Assembly (NCBI GenBank): GCA_024104275.1
Contig: JAGGHK010000007.1
Location: forward strand, 1,654 to 65,653
DNA: 64,000 bases
Direction of reading: 5' to 3'
Origin: Bifidobacterium sp.
GTDB taxonomy: Bacteria > Actinomycetota > Actinomycetes > Actinomycetales > Bifidobacteriaceae
Both the position numbers and the translations under genes were made by a program. How positions within the stretch are numbered: the stretch's first letter is position 1; each line of letters begins with the position of its first letter. Of the stretch, positions 38,840 to 47,540 are shown piece by piece. The notes under the pieces were generated by a model that had not been told where the DNA came from, did no database searches, and saw nothing but the letters and a program-made list of their open reading frames with translations.

Positions 38840-39799
38840 TTAGCTCAAGGATTCAGGTGCTCCGGTGCCTATCTTCGGCAGGACGCCCTCCTTGCCGACT
38901 TGGGATTCCTTGATGCCCAGCGACTTCAGCAGGGCCTGCTGCTGCGTGATGCCCAGCTGGGAGACCTCGGACATGTCCATGAGCTTGCCGTTGATGGTGA
39001 CGGCCGGAGTGCTCATCTGCCCGGAGCTATTCAGAAGGTCTTTGCGCCTGACCGTGTAGTTGTAGGATGCCTCAAGCCACTTGTTGTAAGTGCCGTTGAA
39101 TGCCTTGTCGATAACGGACTGGGAGACGCCGGCCGCGAGCGCCTGCTCCTTGATCTTGTCGTTGCTGGTCGCCTTGTAATCGGGGCCTTCGGCAGGCTGG
39201 AAGTCCTTTTTGTAAAGGTTGCTGACGAAATCAAGCAGGTGCTGGGTGCTTGGATCGTGGCTGGAGACGTAAAGTACGGCCCCCGCAGCACGGGTGGAAT
39301 ACTGGTCGGTCGAGTCCGGATCAAGGAAGTTCATGAAATGATAGACAAGATTGACTTGGCCGGAGTCCACCAATTTATCGAGGTCGGTGTCGATTTGGCG
39401 GTGCAACGAACCGCAGCCGGGGCACAGCGGATCCATGTAGATTTCGACGGTCGGCACTTTATCGATTTTCTTGTCGAAGCCGTCCTTGGAAATGAGGATG
39501 CCGCCCTTGTCGTTTGCATATTTGGGCTTGGTCTTTACATTCTGCAGGGTGCTGTATGAAGCGTCGGCGGTAACCTTGTTGGCCTCGTTCTTCTTGCTGA
39601 TTGAACGGAAGGCGACGACGGCGATAACGGCGACAAGGATGATAATGACGGCCACAACAAGTCCGCCGATGAGGGTCTGCTGCTTGCGCTCCCTGGCGGC
39701 TTCTTCTTCGAGCGCCTTTTGTCGTGCCTCTTCTTCGGCTTTGCGCCTGGCTCGTGTCTGGCGTTTTTGCGCTTTTTTATTGCCCTGTTGTGCCATCAT
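38840..39799 (-). CDS. membrane-anchored DsbA/thioredoxin-fold protein (paralogue)
   Basis: IYMDPLCPGC and STPAV.ING motifs; KPKY.NDKGGIL shared with 37344-38339; AAGAAGGA SD. Confidence 0.9.
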   Translation of the reverse strand: MMAQQGNKKAQKRQTRARRKAEEEARQKALEEEAARERKQQTLIGGLVVAVIIILVAVIAVVAFRSISKKNEANKVTADASYSTLQNVKTKPKYANDKGGILISKDGFDKKIDKVPTVEIYMDPLCPGCGSLHRQIDTDLDKLVDSGQVNLVYHFMNFLDPDSTDQYSTRAAGAVLYVSSHDPSTQHLLDFVSNLYKKDFQPAEGPDYKATSNDKIKEQALAAGVSQSVIDKAFNGTYNKWLEASYNYTVRRKDLLNSSGQMSTPAVTINGKLMDMSEVSQLGITQQQALLKSLGIKESQVGKEGVLPKIGTGAPESLS

Positions 39800-40017
39800 A
39801 TGTCCTTCTTTGTGATTGCAAAATGCTGTCAATCGCCAGTTCGTCCACCGTTATAGCGACTAAAGCAACCAACGTACTCAAATAGACTTAATGCTCTCCT
39901 ATTTTGCACGTATGGGTGGATGAAATAGTCTGAGGGCTAAGTGCTTTGAAACTTTCTTGCAGATATTGCCGCGTTGTCTAAATTTCGACGGCGAAGTTTG
40001 TTGATTTCGAATTTGCA

Positions 40018-42618
40018 TTACAATTGAGGGTTTTGGAGGGGAATCCAGTTGATCTGATGGTTGCTAAAGGCGAGCACGAGCGCCGCAAGCGTCACTATTG
40101 CCCAGATTGTCAAAAACACCCAGTGCCGGGACGAATGGTGTTTGGAGCCTTCGGGGTCGTCCGTTTCATCGTCGAAGTCGTCGATATCGTCTGTATCGTT
40201 GTTTTGGCCCGGTGCGTTTTCGTATCCGTTTTCCTCGAGATTCGGGGAATAGGCTGCATCGCCCGGTTCGGGATAAGCGGATCCGCGCAGCCTGCCGGCG
40301 CCGATGCGCAGCAGCGTGTTTTTCGGGCCGAAAACGATGACCAGCCAGGCGGCGGCCATAAGTATTGCCAGCGATGCGCTCGAATACGAAAGGGAAACGT
40401 CGGCTGGTAGGGGAAGCGGGAGGTGCCAGGAGGCGATGGTCAGGGCGACCATGTGCGTGGGAAGCCCCGAGACCAGGTTCACGACCACTGGGCCGACGCC
40501 GGCGATGACGATGAGGATTAGCACTCGCGGAATGGTGAAAATAAGGGCTTTGAGGATGTGCCAGGGCAGGCTTACCGCACGCAACGCCGGGTCGCCCCCC
40601 TTGCGGATACCGCCGCGGCGTCCTTCGCGTTCGAGCTGTCCTTCCTCGCTGTAGCCGAGCGTCAGAAGGAACCAGAGCAGGGCCGTCGCGCAGCATATCG
40701 AGATTACCGGCATCGAGGCCGAAAACAGCGCGAGTGGAATCGCCAGAAGCCACAGCGGCAGTATTGAGCGGGAAATGAGTTTGCCGCGCCTGATGTCTGC
40801 CGGGTTCGCCGTCGGCTGCGCGACAGGTTGAGCAAGTTGGGCCTGTGGTGATGGGTAGCTTGGCTGCACGTTCGGCTGACCATATATATATGGTGCAGGA
40901 TGCGGGGCTCCGTAAGAGGCGCCTTGGACTTGCTGTTGCACTGCGGACTGAGGGGTTGGCGCGACAGCGAGCGGCATCGTGGCGTCGTTGGGCTGCTGTG
41001 AGGTTTGCGGATTCGAAGAGGGAAGGGACGATGTCTGCTCGAGGCTTTGCGTTATCGGTGCGTTAAGTGGCATCGTGGCGGTGGCATTGGCGTTCGCGTC
41101 GTTGCGGGTCATCGCGGAAGTTGCCGTCAGATCTTGCGGGGAAGGAGTTGGCAAGGCTTCGGTTGCGTTTTCGTCTGAGGTTGAGAAGGCTTGCGCCGAC
41201 CGCGTTTGCGTCGGCTGATTTTGGTTGTATCCGGCCTTTTGCGCTGCCATTTGCGGTTTTGTTGTTGATTGTGTTATCGGCATCGCGCGCGTGGAACCGC
41301 GGATTTGCCGGCCTTGCGGCGTAGAGGGCTGTATACGAGAGGTGCCTTGCGATGAAGCGTTATCAGATTGTGATGATTCCGAGAATAAAGGGGCACTGTC
41401 GGTCCAAGCGGTTCGAGGGTTGCTTGTTGCTGGCTTCCCCGAACCGGGACTCGAATCAGGCCGAGGCGTTTGGCCAAAAGGGGGCACCACCCCTGCGGGA
41501 TTGCCGTGACCATTGGCGCTGTTACCGGTACCGTTATTGGCATTTGTGCCGTAATCGTTCATGTTGTTGCTGCCGCTGCCGAACCCATTGGCTGAGCCGC
41601 TGATATTATCGCTGCCATCCTCATCATCAAGTTCGCCGTTTTCGAACGGATTGAGCGCATCGAGCGTGATGGCCTGCAGCAGTTGGTCGGGGCTGCAACG
41701 TTTCGTCGGGTCCGGGTTGAGCGCACTGCGCAGGGCGTTGAGCGTATTCGGCGGAAGGCCTGCGAGGTTAGCGTTGCCACTGGCCTCGCGCTCGAGCACG
41801 GCCATCATCGGCTTGCTGCCGAAAACCGGCCGGCCGGTCGCGGCGAAGGCGATGACGCTGGCGAGCGACCACCAGTCGGTGGCCTCGTTGCTTTCCGCGC
41901 CGTCGATGATTTCCGGGGCGATGAAGCCGGGCGTGCCCATCACCAGGCCGGTGCGGGTGACGTGGCTTTCGCCGGCGGTCATGGCGATGCCGAAGTCCAC
42001 CAGAACAGGGCCTGCGGCCGAGACCATGACGTTGGTCGGCTTGATGTCGCGGTGGATGATGCCTTGGGCGTGCACCGCGCGGACGGCGTCGATGAGTTTT
42101 GCCGCAAGGCGTTGCAGATCGTCGCCGACGTACCGTCCGTTCGCGGCGACGTCGTCGCGCAGGTTCTTGCCTTCGATCAGCTCCGTGACGATGAAGGCGA
42201 GGGAATCGTCAAGTTCCATGTCGACGATGGCGCAGACGCCGGGATGGTTGATCTTGCGCATGGCCACTGCCTCGCGCCGCATGCGCTCGCGAGCCGTGAC
42301 GTGCGGGTCGTGGTTGCGGTGATGGCGCTGTTGGGCTGTGTTGCCGTCGTGGCTGTCTTGGGCGTCACTTCCATCGGCTCCATTACCGAAGCCTCCAGAT
42401 GCATTGTTGTTCGTGGTGTTGTCGGTCTGATAATCCTGGCTGCCGGTTTCGCCATCGTCTTTGAGCGAATCCCGCAGGATCTTCATGGCGTAATCCTGCC
42501 CGCCGTCGTCGCGCACGCGCCAGACCGAGCCCATCGCGCCGCCGCCCAGCCGCGAGATCAGCGTGTACCCGCCGACAATCTGACCCGGTTCCAGGTCCAA
42601 TGCGTTCAAGTCGCTCAT
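40018..42618 (-). CDS. Ser/Thr protein kinase (Hanks type), membrane-bound
   Basis: GGGAMGSV, AMK, HRDIKPTN, DFG, GTPGFIAPE and DWWS motifs; C-terminal TM segments. Confidence 0.93.
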   Translation of the reverse strand: MSDLNALDLEPGQIVGGYTLISRLGGGAMGSVWRVRDDGGQDYAMKILRDSLKDDGETGSQDYQTDNTTNNNASGGFGNGADGSDAQDSHDGNTAQQRHHRNHDPHVTARERMRREAVAMRKINHPGVCAIVDMELDDSLAFIVTELIEGKNLRDDVAANGRYVGDDLQRLAAKLIDAVRAVHAQGIIHRDIKPTNVMVSAAGPVLVDFGIAMTAGESHVTRTGLVMGTPGFIAPEIIDGAESNEATDWWSLASVIAFAATGRPVFGSKPMMAVLEREASGNANLAGLPPNTLNALRSALNPDPTKRCSPDQLLQAITLDALNPFENGELDDEDGSDNISGSANGFGSGSNNMNDYGTNANNGTGNSANGHGNPAGVVPPFGQTPRPDSSPGSGKPATSNPRTAWTDSAPLFSESSQSDNASSQGTSRIQPSTPQGRQIRGSTRAMPITQSTTKPQMAAQKAGYNQNQPTQTRSAQAFSTSDENATEALPTPSPQDLTATSAMTRNDANANATATMPLNAPITQSLEQTSSLPSSNPQTSQQPNDATMPLAVAPTPQSAVQQQVQGASYGAPHPAPYIYGQPNVQPSYPSPQAQLAQPVAQPTANPADIRRGKLISRSILPLWLLAIPLALFSASMPVISICCATALLWFLLTLGYSEEGQLEREGRRGGIRKGGDPALRAVSLPWHILKALIFTIPRVLILIVIAGVGPVVVNLVSGLPTHMVALTIASWHLPLPLPADVSLSYSSASLAILMAAAWLVIVFGPKNTLLRIGAGRLRGSAYPEPGDAAYSPNLEENGYENAPGQNNDTDDIDDFDDETDDPEGSKHHSSRHWVFLTIWAIVTLAALVLAFSNHQINWIPLQNPQL

Positions 42619-42657
42619 AGTCTCCATACTACTGGTGCGTGCGAAAGTGCTAGGTTG

Positions 42658-44031
42658 CTAATTCCGCAATGACCATTGCCATGCCGGGATGACTTCAATG
42701 TTGCGTTCGTCAAGGTCTATCGCCAAACTGCCTTTTTGCCGTAACGTGATGATGGTTCCTTTGATGTCTTTCATGCGTTTCATCGTGGCTGTAAGGCTTC
42801 TGATTTCCCGCAACCGTGTTTTCTCGTTGTCCATATTCGCAGTGACTTGTATGGCTTGATAAGGTTCTGCCCCGAGCGCGTCGCCAATGACAAAATCGAC
42901 CTTCTCTTGTTTTGCGTCTGGTAGGGTCAAAGAAGTGATGAAATCCGTCCTTCTGCCGGCTTGCCGTCTCTGTAATTCCAGATAAACCGCGGTTTCAAGC
43001 CGTTTTCCAATATCCTGTTGATTTGCGCGCGAGACGGAATATACAAGTCCCGGATCCACTGCGTAGATTTTGGGACTTGCTGACTTGGGCTTTAGCGTTG
43101 TGGTGTATTCCCCCACTTCAAAACAGAGAAACGCCTGTTCCAAAAGGTCGAGGATCGCGCGTGCCTTGGTCCAGTACATTCGGTAACCGAGTCGGTCAAG
43201 CTGGTCGGCCAGGTTGTTTACGGAAAGCTTGCAAGCGGTGTTACGCAAAGCAAAGAGAGCGATTTGGTTGGCGGCGGCAATGTCACCGCTGCCCATGCGA
43301 TCAGCCACATCTCGCGCCACAACGTCACGCATGTAGCTTTGTAACATATCCGTTTTGGCTTCTGCAGGCAGGCTTTGGATACCGGGGAATCCGCCTTCGA
43401 TGAGATATCGGTCGAATGCTGATTCCATCGCCGTTGTGGTTTGTGGGGAGAAGGAGTCCGCGCCGGTTTCCGGAGCCTCCATATTGTGGAATTTACAATA
43501 TTCGCGGAACGAAAGAGGCAGCACTTCGTGCGAATACGAGCGGCCTCGGAAGTTTGTCGCGATTTCTTCACTGGATAGTTTTGAAGATGATCCGGTGACC
43601 ACCATCGTGGCATTTTCATGTTCGGCGATGCGCTGGCAGAATCCTTGCCAATGGTTTGCCTCCTGAATTTCGTCGAAGAAGATGTATGTGCCTTGCTTGC
43701 GTGCCGTTGGAACCTGTCGCCAGAATTCATCAAGAACCTGTTGAAGCGCATCGTCCGGCATCGGCTGCAGGCGTTCATCCGAAAAATTGAAATAGAAGAT
43801 GTAGTCTCGTGGGGTTCCGGCTTTCAGCAGATCCTGGATGAGTTGGAAAAGGTGAAAGGTTTTGCCGCTACGACGCATGCCGACGAGAATATGCACCAAA
43901 TTGAACATTGCTGGTTTGGGCAGGCCATCGGCAATGATCGGCTTGCGTCGAATCGGCATAGGGAATCGGTATTCACGCATTTCGCGTACCAAGGTCGGAT
44001 AATCCGGCGCTGTGGGTGGTGTTGCTGGCAT
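42658..44031 (-). CDS. AAA_14 ATPase with DUF4143 domain
   Basis: Walker A GMRRSGKT, Walker B FFDEIQ, TGSSS, RGR, GGFP, KIYAVDPGL, VDFV...IQV; GAGG SD before ATG 44031. Confidence 0.92.
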   Translation of the reverse strand: MPATPPTAPDYPTLVREMREYRFPMPIRRKPIIADGLPKPAMFNLVHILVGMRRSGKTFHLFQLIQDLLKAGTPRDYIFYFNFSDERLQPMPDDALQQVLDEFWRQVPTARKQGTYIFFDEIQEANHWQGFCQRIAEHENATMVVTGSSSKLSSEEIATNFRGRSYSHEVLPLSFREYCKFHNMEAPETGADSFSPQTTTAMESAFDRYLIEGGFPGIQSLPAEAKTDMLQSYMRDVVARDVADRMGSGDIAAANQIALFALRNTACKLSVNNLADQLDRLGYRMYWTKARAILDLLEQAFLCFEVGEYTTTLKPKSASPKIYAVDPGLVYSVSRANQQDIGKRLETAVYLELQRRQAGRRTDFITSLTLPDAKQEKVDFVIGDALGAEPYQAIQVTANMDNEKTRLREIRSLTATMKRMKDIKGTIITLRQKGSLAIDLDERNIEVIPAWQWSLRN

Positions 44032-44065
44032 ATGAACCTCGATTGATGGCAAAAGTAGATAAGCA

Positions 44066-44124
44066 AACTTCTGAATTATTTTAAGAAGATTATATCATAA
44101 CTTCTAAATTATTTTTAGAAGATT
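44066..44124. repeat. two palindromic operator-like repeats at 33-bp period upstream of the AAA gene
   Basis: AACTTCTGAATTATTTTAAGAAGATT (44066) and AACTTCTAAATTATTTTTAGAAGATT (44099); CTTCTAAA/TTTAGAAG arms. Confidence 0.88.
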
Positions 44125-44410
44125 GACTTGATAGATAATCGAGTTCGGGTCTAGAAGGTGCAACGCATAAAATGTGCATTTATGCAAATGGTCTCCGATG
44201 TATTCCTTCGCAAAACGTGCGCTGAAAATGACAGGCTGAGTGCAACGGCGGAAAATCGTGGGATGGGCAGACACAATGAAGATGAACATGAATAGGCATT
44301 ATCGTCGTGCAATTCGATGATGGGCAACACCGCCCGCAAATTGCGTATACGGTTTTGGCAGAGCTGTTGAAGCCGTGATTCATGGACGAGTAAGTAAAGG
44401 AGGACTCATC

Positions 44411-47293
44411 GTGGTGGGCATCAATATGGAGGACGTCATAGGCGTCTTAAAAACGTGTCAGAGCTATATTATTGCTCTTATTGTTGTCATTGCGCTCGTA
44501 ATCGCATGTGTAGTTGGAAGTCACTGGCTGCCGAAACCCAAGCGTGGTTTTGCACGGGGTAGCGTAGCTGTTACTGGGGTCGCTTTGGTCGTAGTTATTG
44601 CCACTATGATTTGCTTGGGGCCCATGTCGACATTGATTAATTTGACAATGGAAAAAGGGGCAGTAAGCGAAAAGACAACAGACAAAGCTCGTAAACTCAA
44701 TGAACGCATTGCGGAAGAGGGAACGGTGCTGCTTAAGAATGAAGATTCTGCTTTGCCGCTATCGCAAGGAAGTAAGCTGAATCTGTTTGGCTGGTCTTCT
44801 GAGAATCCTGTTTACAGTGGTGGTGGTTCCGGTGGGCTTAACGCTCTGTACAAACCCGTTACGATTGAGCAGGGGTTGAAAAACGCAGGGTTTTCAACAA
44901 ATGCTGAATTAGCAAAGTTCTATGCCAATTTCAGTAAGGATCGACCAAAGATGTCGATACAGAATCAAAGTTGGGTATTACCGGAACCGCCGGCTGAACA
45001 GTATTCTAAGGGTCTTATTCAACGGGCTAAGCAATTTTCCGGCACCGCAGTCATCACTCTTTCGCGAGTTGCCAGTGAAGGCCACAATGATTTGCCATTG
45101 GATATGAGTAAGACCAAAGCTGCAAGCAATTCAAAGAAGTATCGAGATTTTGAAGCCGGGCAACATTATCTGCAGCTTTCGCATACTGAGCGTGATTTGG
45201 TTGAATTGGTTTGCAACAACTTTGACAAAGTAATTGTGCTATATAACGGTACAAATCCGATGCAGCTTGGTTTTATTGATGAACATCCACAGATTAAGGC
45301 TGCACTTTGGTGTGCGGGACCGGGCACTGTCGGTTTTAACGGTTTAGGCAATATTTTTTCTGGACGATTTAATCCTTCGGGACGTACCACTGACACGTTT
45401 GTCTATGACATGACCAAGACGCCATGGTGGAATAATGCAGAGAAAACTGATTATTCCAATATGAAGGACATGACCGTTGACGGTATGAATGCCGGTAAGC
45501 TACAAAAGTTCTCTCCTGCATTCATTAATTATGCAGAGGGCATTTATGTGGGTTATAAGTATTATGAGACTGCAGCCGCAGAACATGCTATTGATTATGA
45601 TTCGACAGTACAGTATCCATTCGGTTATGGTTTGAGCTATACCACGTTTAGTCAAAAAATGGGGCCTATACGGGATTCAAACGGCTTATTGCATTTCTCT
45701 GTGACAGTTACCAATACTGGTGACAAAGCTGGAGCTGATGTCGTACAGGTTTATGATAACCCTCCATATACGGAAGGTGGCATCGAAAAATCGACAGCTA
45801 ATCTTTTAAACGAAACCAAGACGAATATTTTAAAGCCGGGTGAATCTCAGCAAATAAATCTCAGTATTAAAAAAGATGATTTGGCTTCGTATGATTACCG
45901 TAACGCGAAGGCGTATGTCCTTGAATCCGGCAATTACACGATATCGATTAATGCTAATTCTCACCGAACACTAGATTCAAAGGTTTATAAAGTCGATCGG
46001 ACCGTTACCTATAATCATGGCATCAAACATGATGGTGATCAAGTTACGGCCGTTAACCGATTCGCCGATGCTAATGGCGATGTGACATATCTTTCGCGAG
46101 CAAATGGATTCGCGAATTATGCCAAAGCCACTGCCAGAGGTAATGATGTCCTCAGCGCAGATTTGAGGGCGAAGTACCACATCAATCGAAACTTTGATCA
46201 CAATACTTACCTCAACCCAAAGGATACAAAGCCTGTAACAAATGCCAAGAATGGTCTAAGACTTGCTTCACTACGTGGGGCTAAATTCGATGACCCAAGA
46301 TGGAATAAGCTTCTCGATGAAATGAGCGTCGACGAAATGGTGAAATTGACTTCACTCGCTGGCTATCAGACTGCGGCGGTGCCTTCTATCGGTAAGGTGA
46401 TGATAAATGACGCTGATGGCCCAGGATCCATCAACAACAACTTTACTGGGCAAGGTTCACTTGGTATGCCTGCTGCGACGATGATTGGTGCTACATGGAA
46501 TCCGAAACTTGTCGAGCAGTATGGCGATATCATGGGGCAAACGGCCCGGGATATGAACGTTGCAGGATGGTATGCGCCAGGCGTGAATCTTCACCGTACT
46601 CCCTTTGGCGGTCGTAACTTTGAATTCTATTCTGAAGACGGCGTGCTATCCGGAATCATGGCGGTGAATGCGATTCGTGGTGCGGCAAAGCATCATGTCT
46701 ATGCATTTATCAAACATTATGCACTGTACGACGGGAATGCCAAGATGGTCTCTATCTGGTCAAATGAACAAGCCATCAGAGAGAACTATCTCAAGCCCTT
46801 TGAAATGGGTGTCAAAGATGGCAAGGTTCCGGCCCTTATGGTCTCATGGAATTACATTGGAAATAAGTGGGTTGGCGAGGACAGCAATCTACTTAAGCGG
46901 GTTTTGCGCGATGAGTGGGGCTTCAAAGGCATGACCATTTCCGACTATTTCCGTAATGATGGCCACGGTTTTATGACGGCAGATGCGGCATTGGCTAATG
47001 GCGTGGACGCAATGCTAGCTACTTATGGGTCTGGCCCGAACGTACCGGCTCAGAAAAATAACGCCAGTACGATGAAATATATGCGCTCGGCGAGTAAGCA
47101 CATCCTGTATACAGTTGTTAACAGCTGGGTTTATGACAACGCTGATCAAAGCGTCGGATTCCCGTTATGGAAGAAGATTGTGGTTGCTGTTGACGCAGCG
47201 CTTGCAATTATCCTGATTGGCTGTGAATATCTGTTAGTCAGAAAATATCGCAAAAATCGAACGGGAATGGTAACCGTTGAAAAAGAAGAATAA
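44411..47293 (+). CDS. membrane-anchored glycoside hydrolase family 3 (permuted domain order)
   Basis: AAGGAGG SD before GTG 44411; EEGTVLLKN, FPFGYGLSY-like YPFGYGLSY, ADGPG, GRNFEFYSED, KHYA and ISDY nucleophile motif; TM at both ends. Confidence 0.92.
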   Translation: MVGINMEDVIGVLKTCQSYIIALIVVIALVIACVVGSHWLPKPKRGFARGSVAVTGVALVVVIATMICLGPMSTLINLTMEKGAVSEKTTDKARKLNERIAEEGTVLLKNEDSALPLSQGSKLNLFGWSSENPVYSGGGSGGLNALYKPVTIEQGLKNAGFSTNAELAKFYANFSKDRPKMSIQNQSWVLPEPPAEQYSKGLIQRAKQFSGTAVITLSRVASEGHNDLPLDMSKTKAASNSKKYRDFEAGQHYLQLSHTERDLVELVCNNFDKVIVLYNGTNPMQLGFIDEHPQIKAALWCAGPGTVGFNGLGNIFSGRFNPSGRTTDTFVYDMTKTPWWNNAEKTDYSNMKDMTVDGMNAGKLQKFSPAFINYAEGIYVGYKYYETAAAEHAIDYDSTVQYPFGYGLSYTTFSQKMGPIRDSNGLLHFSVTVTNTGDKAGADVVQVYDNPPYTEGGIEKSTANLLNETKTNILKPGESQQINLSIKKDDLASYDYRNAKAYVLESGNYTISINANSHRTLDSKVYKVDRTVTYNHGIKHDGDQVTAVNRFADANGDVTYLSRANGFANYAKATARGNDVLSADLRAKYHINRNFDHNTYLNPKDTKPVTNAKNGLRLASLRGAKFDDPRWNKLLDEMSVDEMVKLTSLAGYQTAAVPSIGKVMINDADGPGSINNNFTGQGSLGMPAATMIGATWNPKLVEQYGDIMGQTARDMNVAGWYAPGVNLHRTPFGGRNFEFYSEDGVLSGIMAVNAIRGAAKHHVYAFIKHYALYDGNAKMVSIWSNEQAIRENYLKPFEMGVKDGKVPALMVSWNYIGNKWVGEDSNLLKRVLRDEWGFKGMTISDYFRNDGHGFMTADAALANGVDAMLATYGSGPNVPAQKNNASTMKYMRSASKHILYTVVNSWVYDNADQSVGFPLWKKIVVAVDAALAIILIGCEYLLVRKYRKNRTGMVTVEKEE

Positions 47294-47324
47294 GTAGGCC
47301 ATCGTTCTGATGGCGTGGAATCGG

Positions 47325-47414
47325 ATTTTGCGTATTCGTTGTAAACGAATGGGCGTTCAAAAGCATAGCGAGTATGAGTTTTGACGTTTTGTCCGTGTAC
47401 CGAATACGCAAAAT
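47325..47414. repeat. perfect 14-bp inverted repeat between the GH3 genes
   Basis: ATTTTGCGTATTCG (47325-47338) / CGAATACGCAAAAT (47401-47414). Confidence 0.8.
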
Positions 47415-47540
47415 ATCGAAAACTCAAGTCATAAGTAGCCCTGTGAAAGCGTATCTCAGTGTCGGCGGTGTCTCGACATCCTTGCGTTTTATCGTGAATG
47501 ATGATCTGGGCGATGAAGCCCCAACTGTAAGGAGAAAGTC

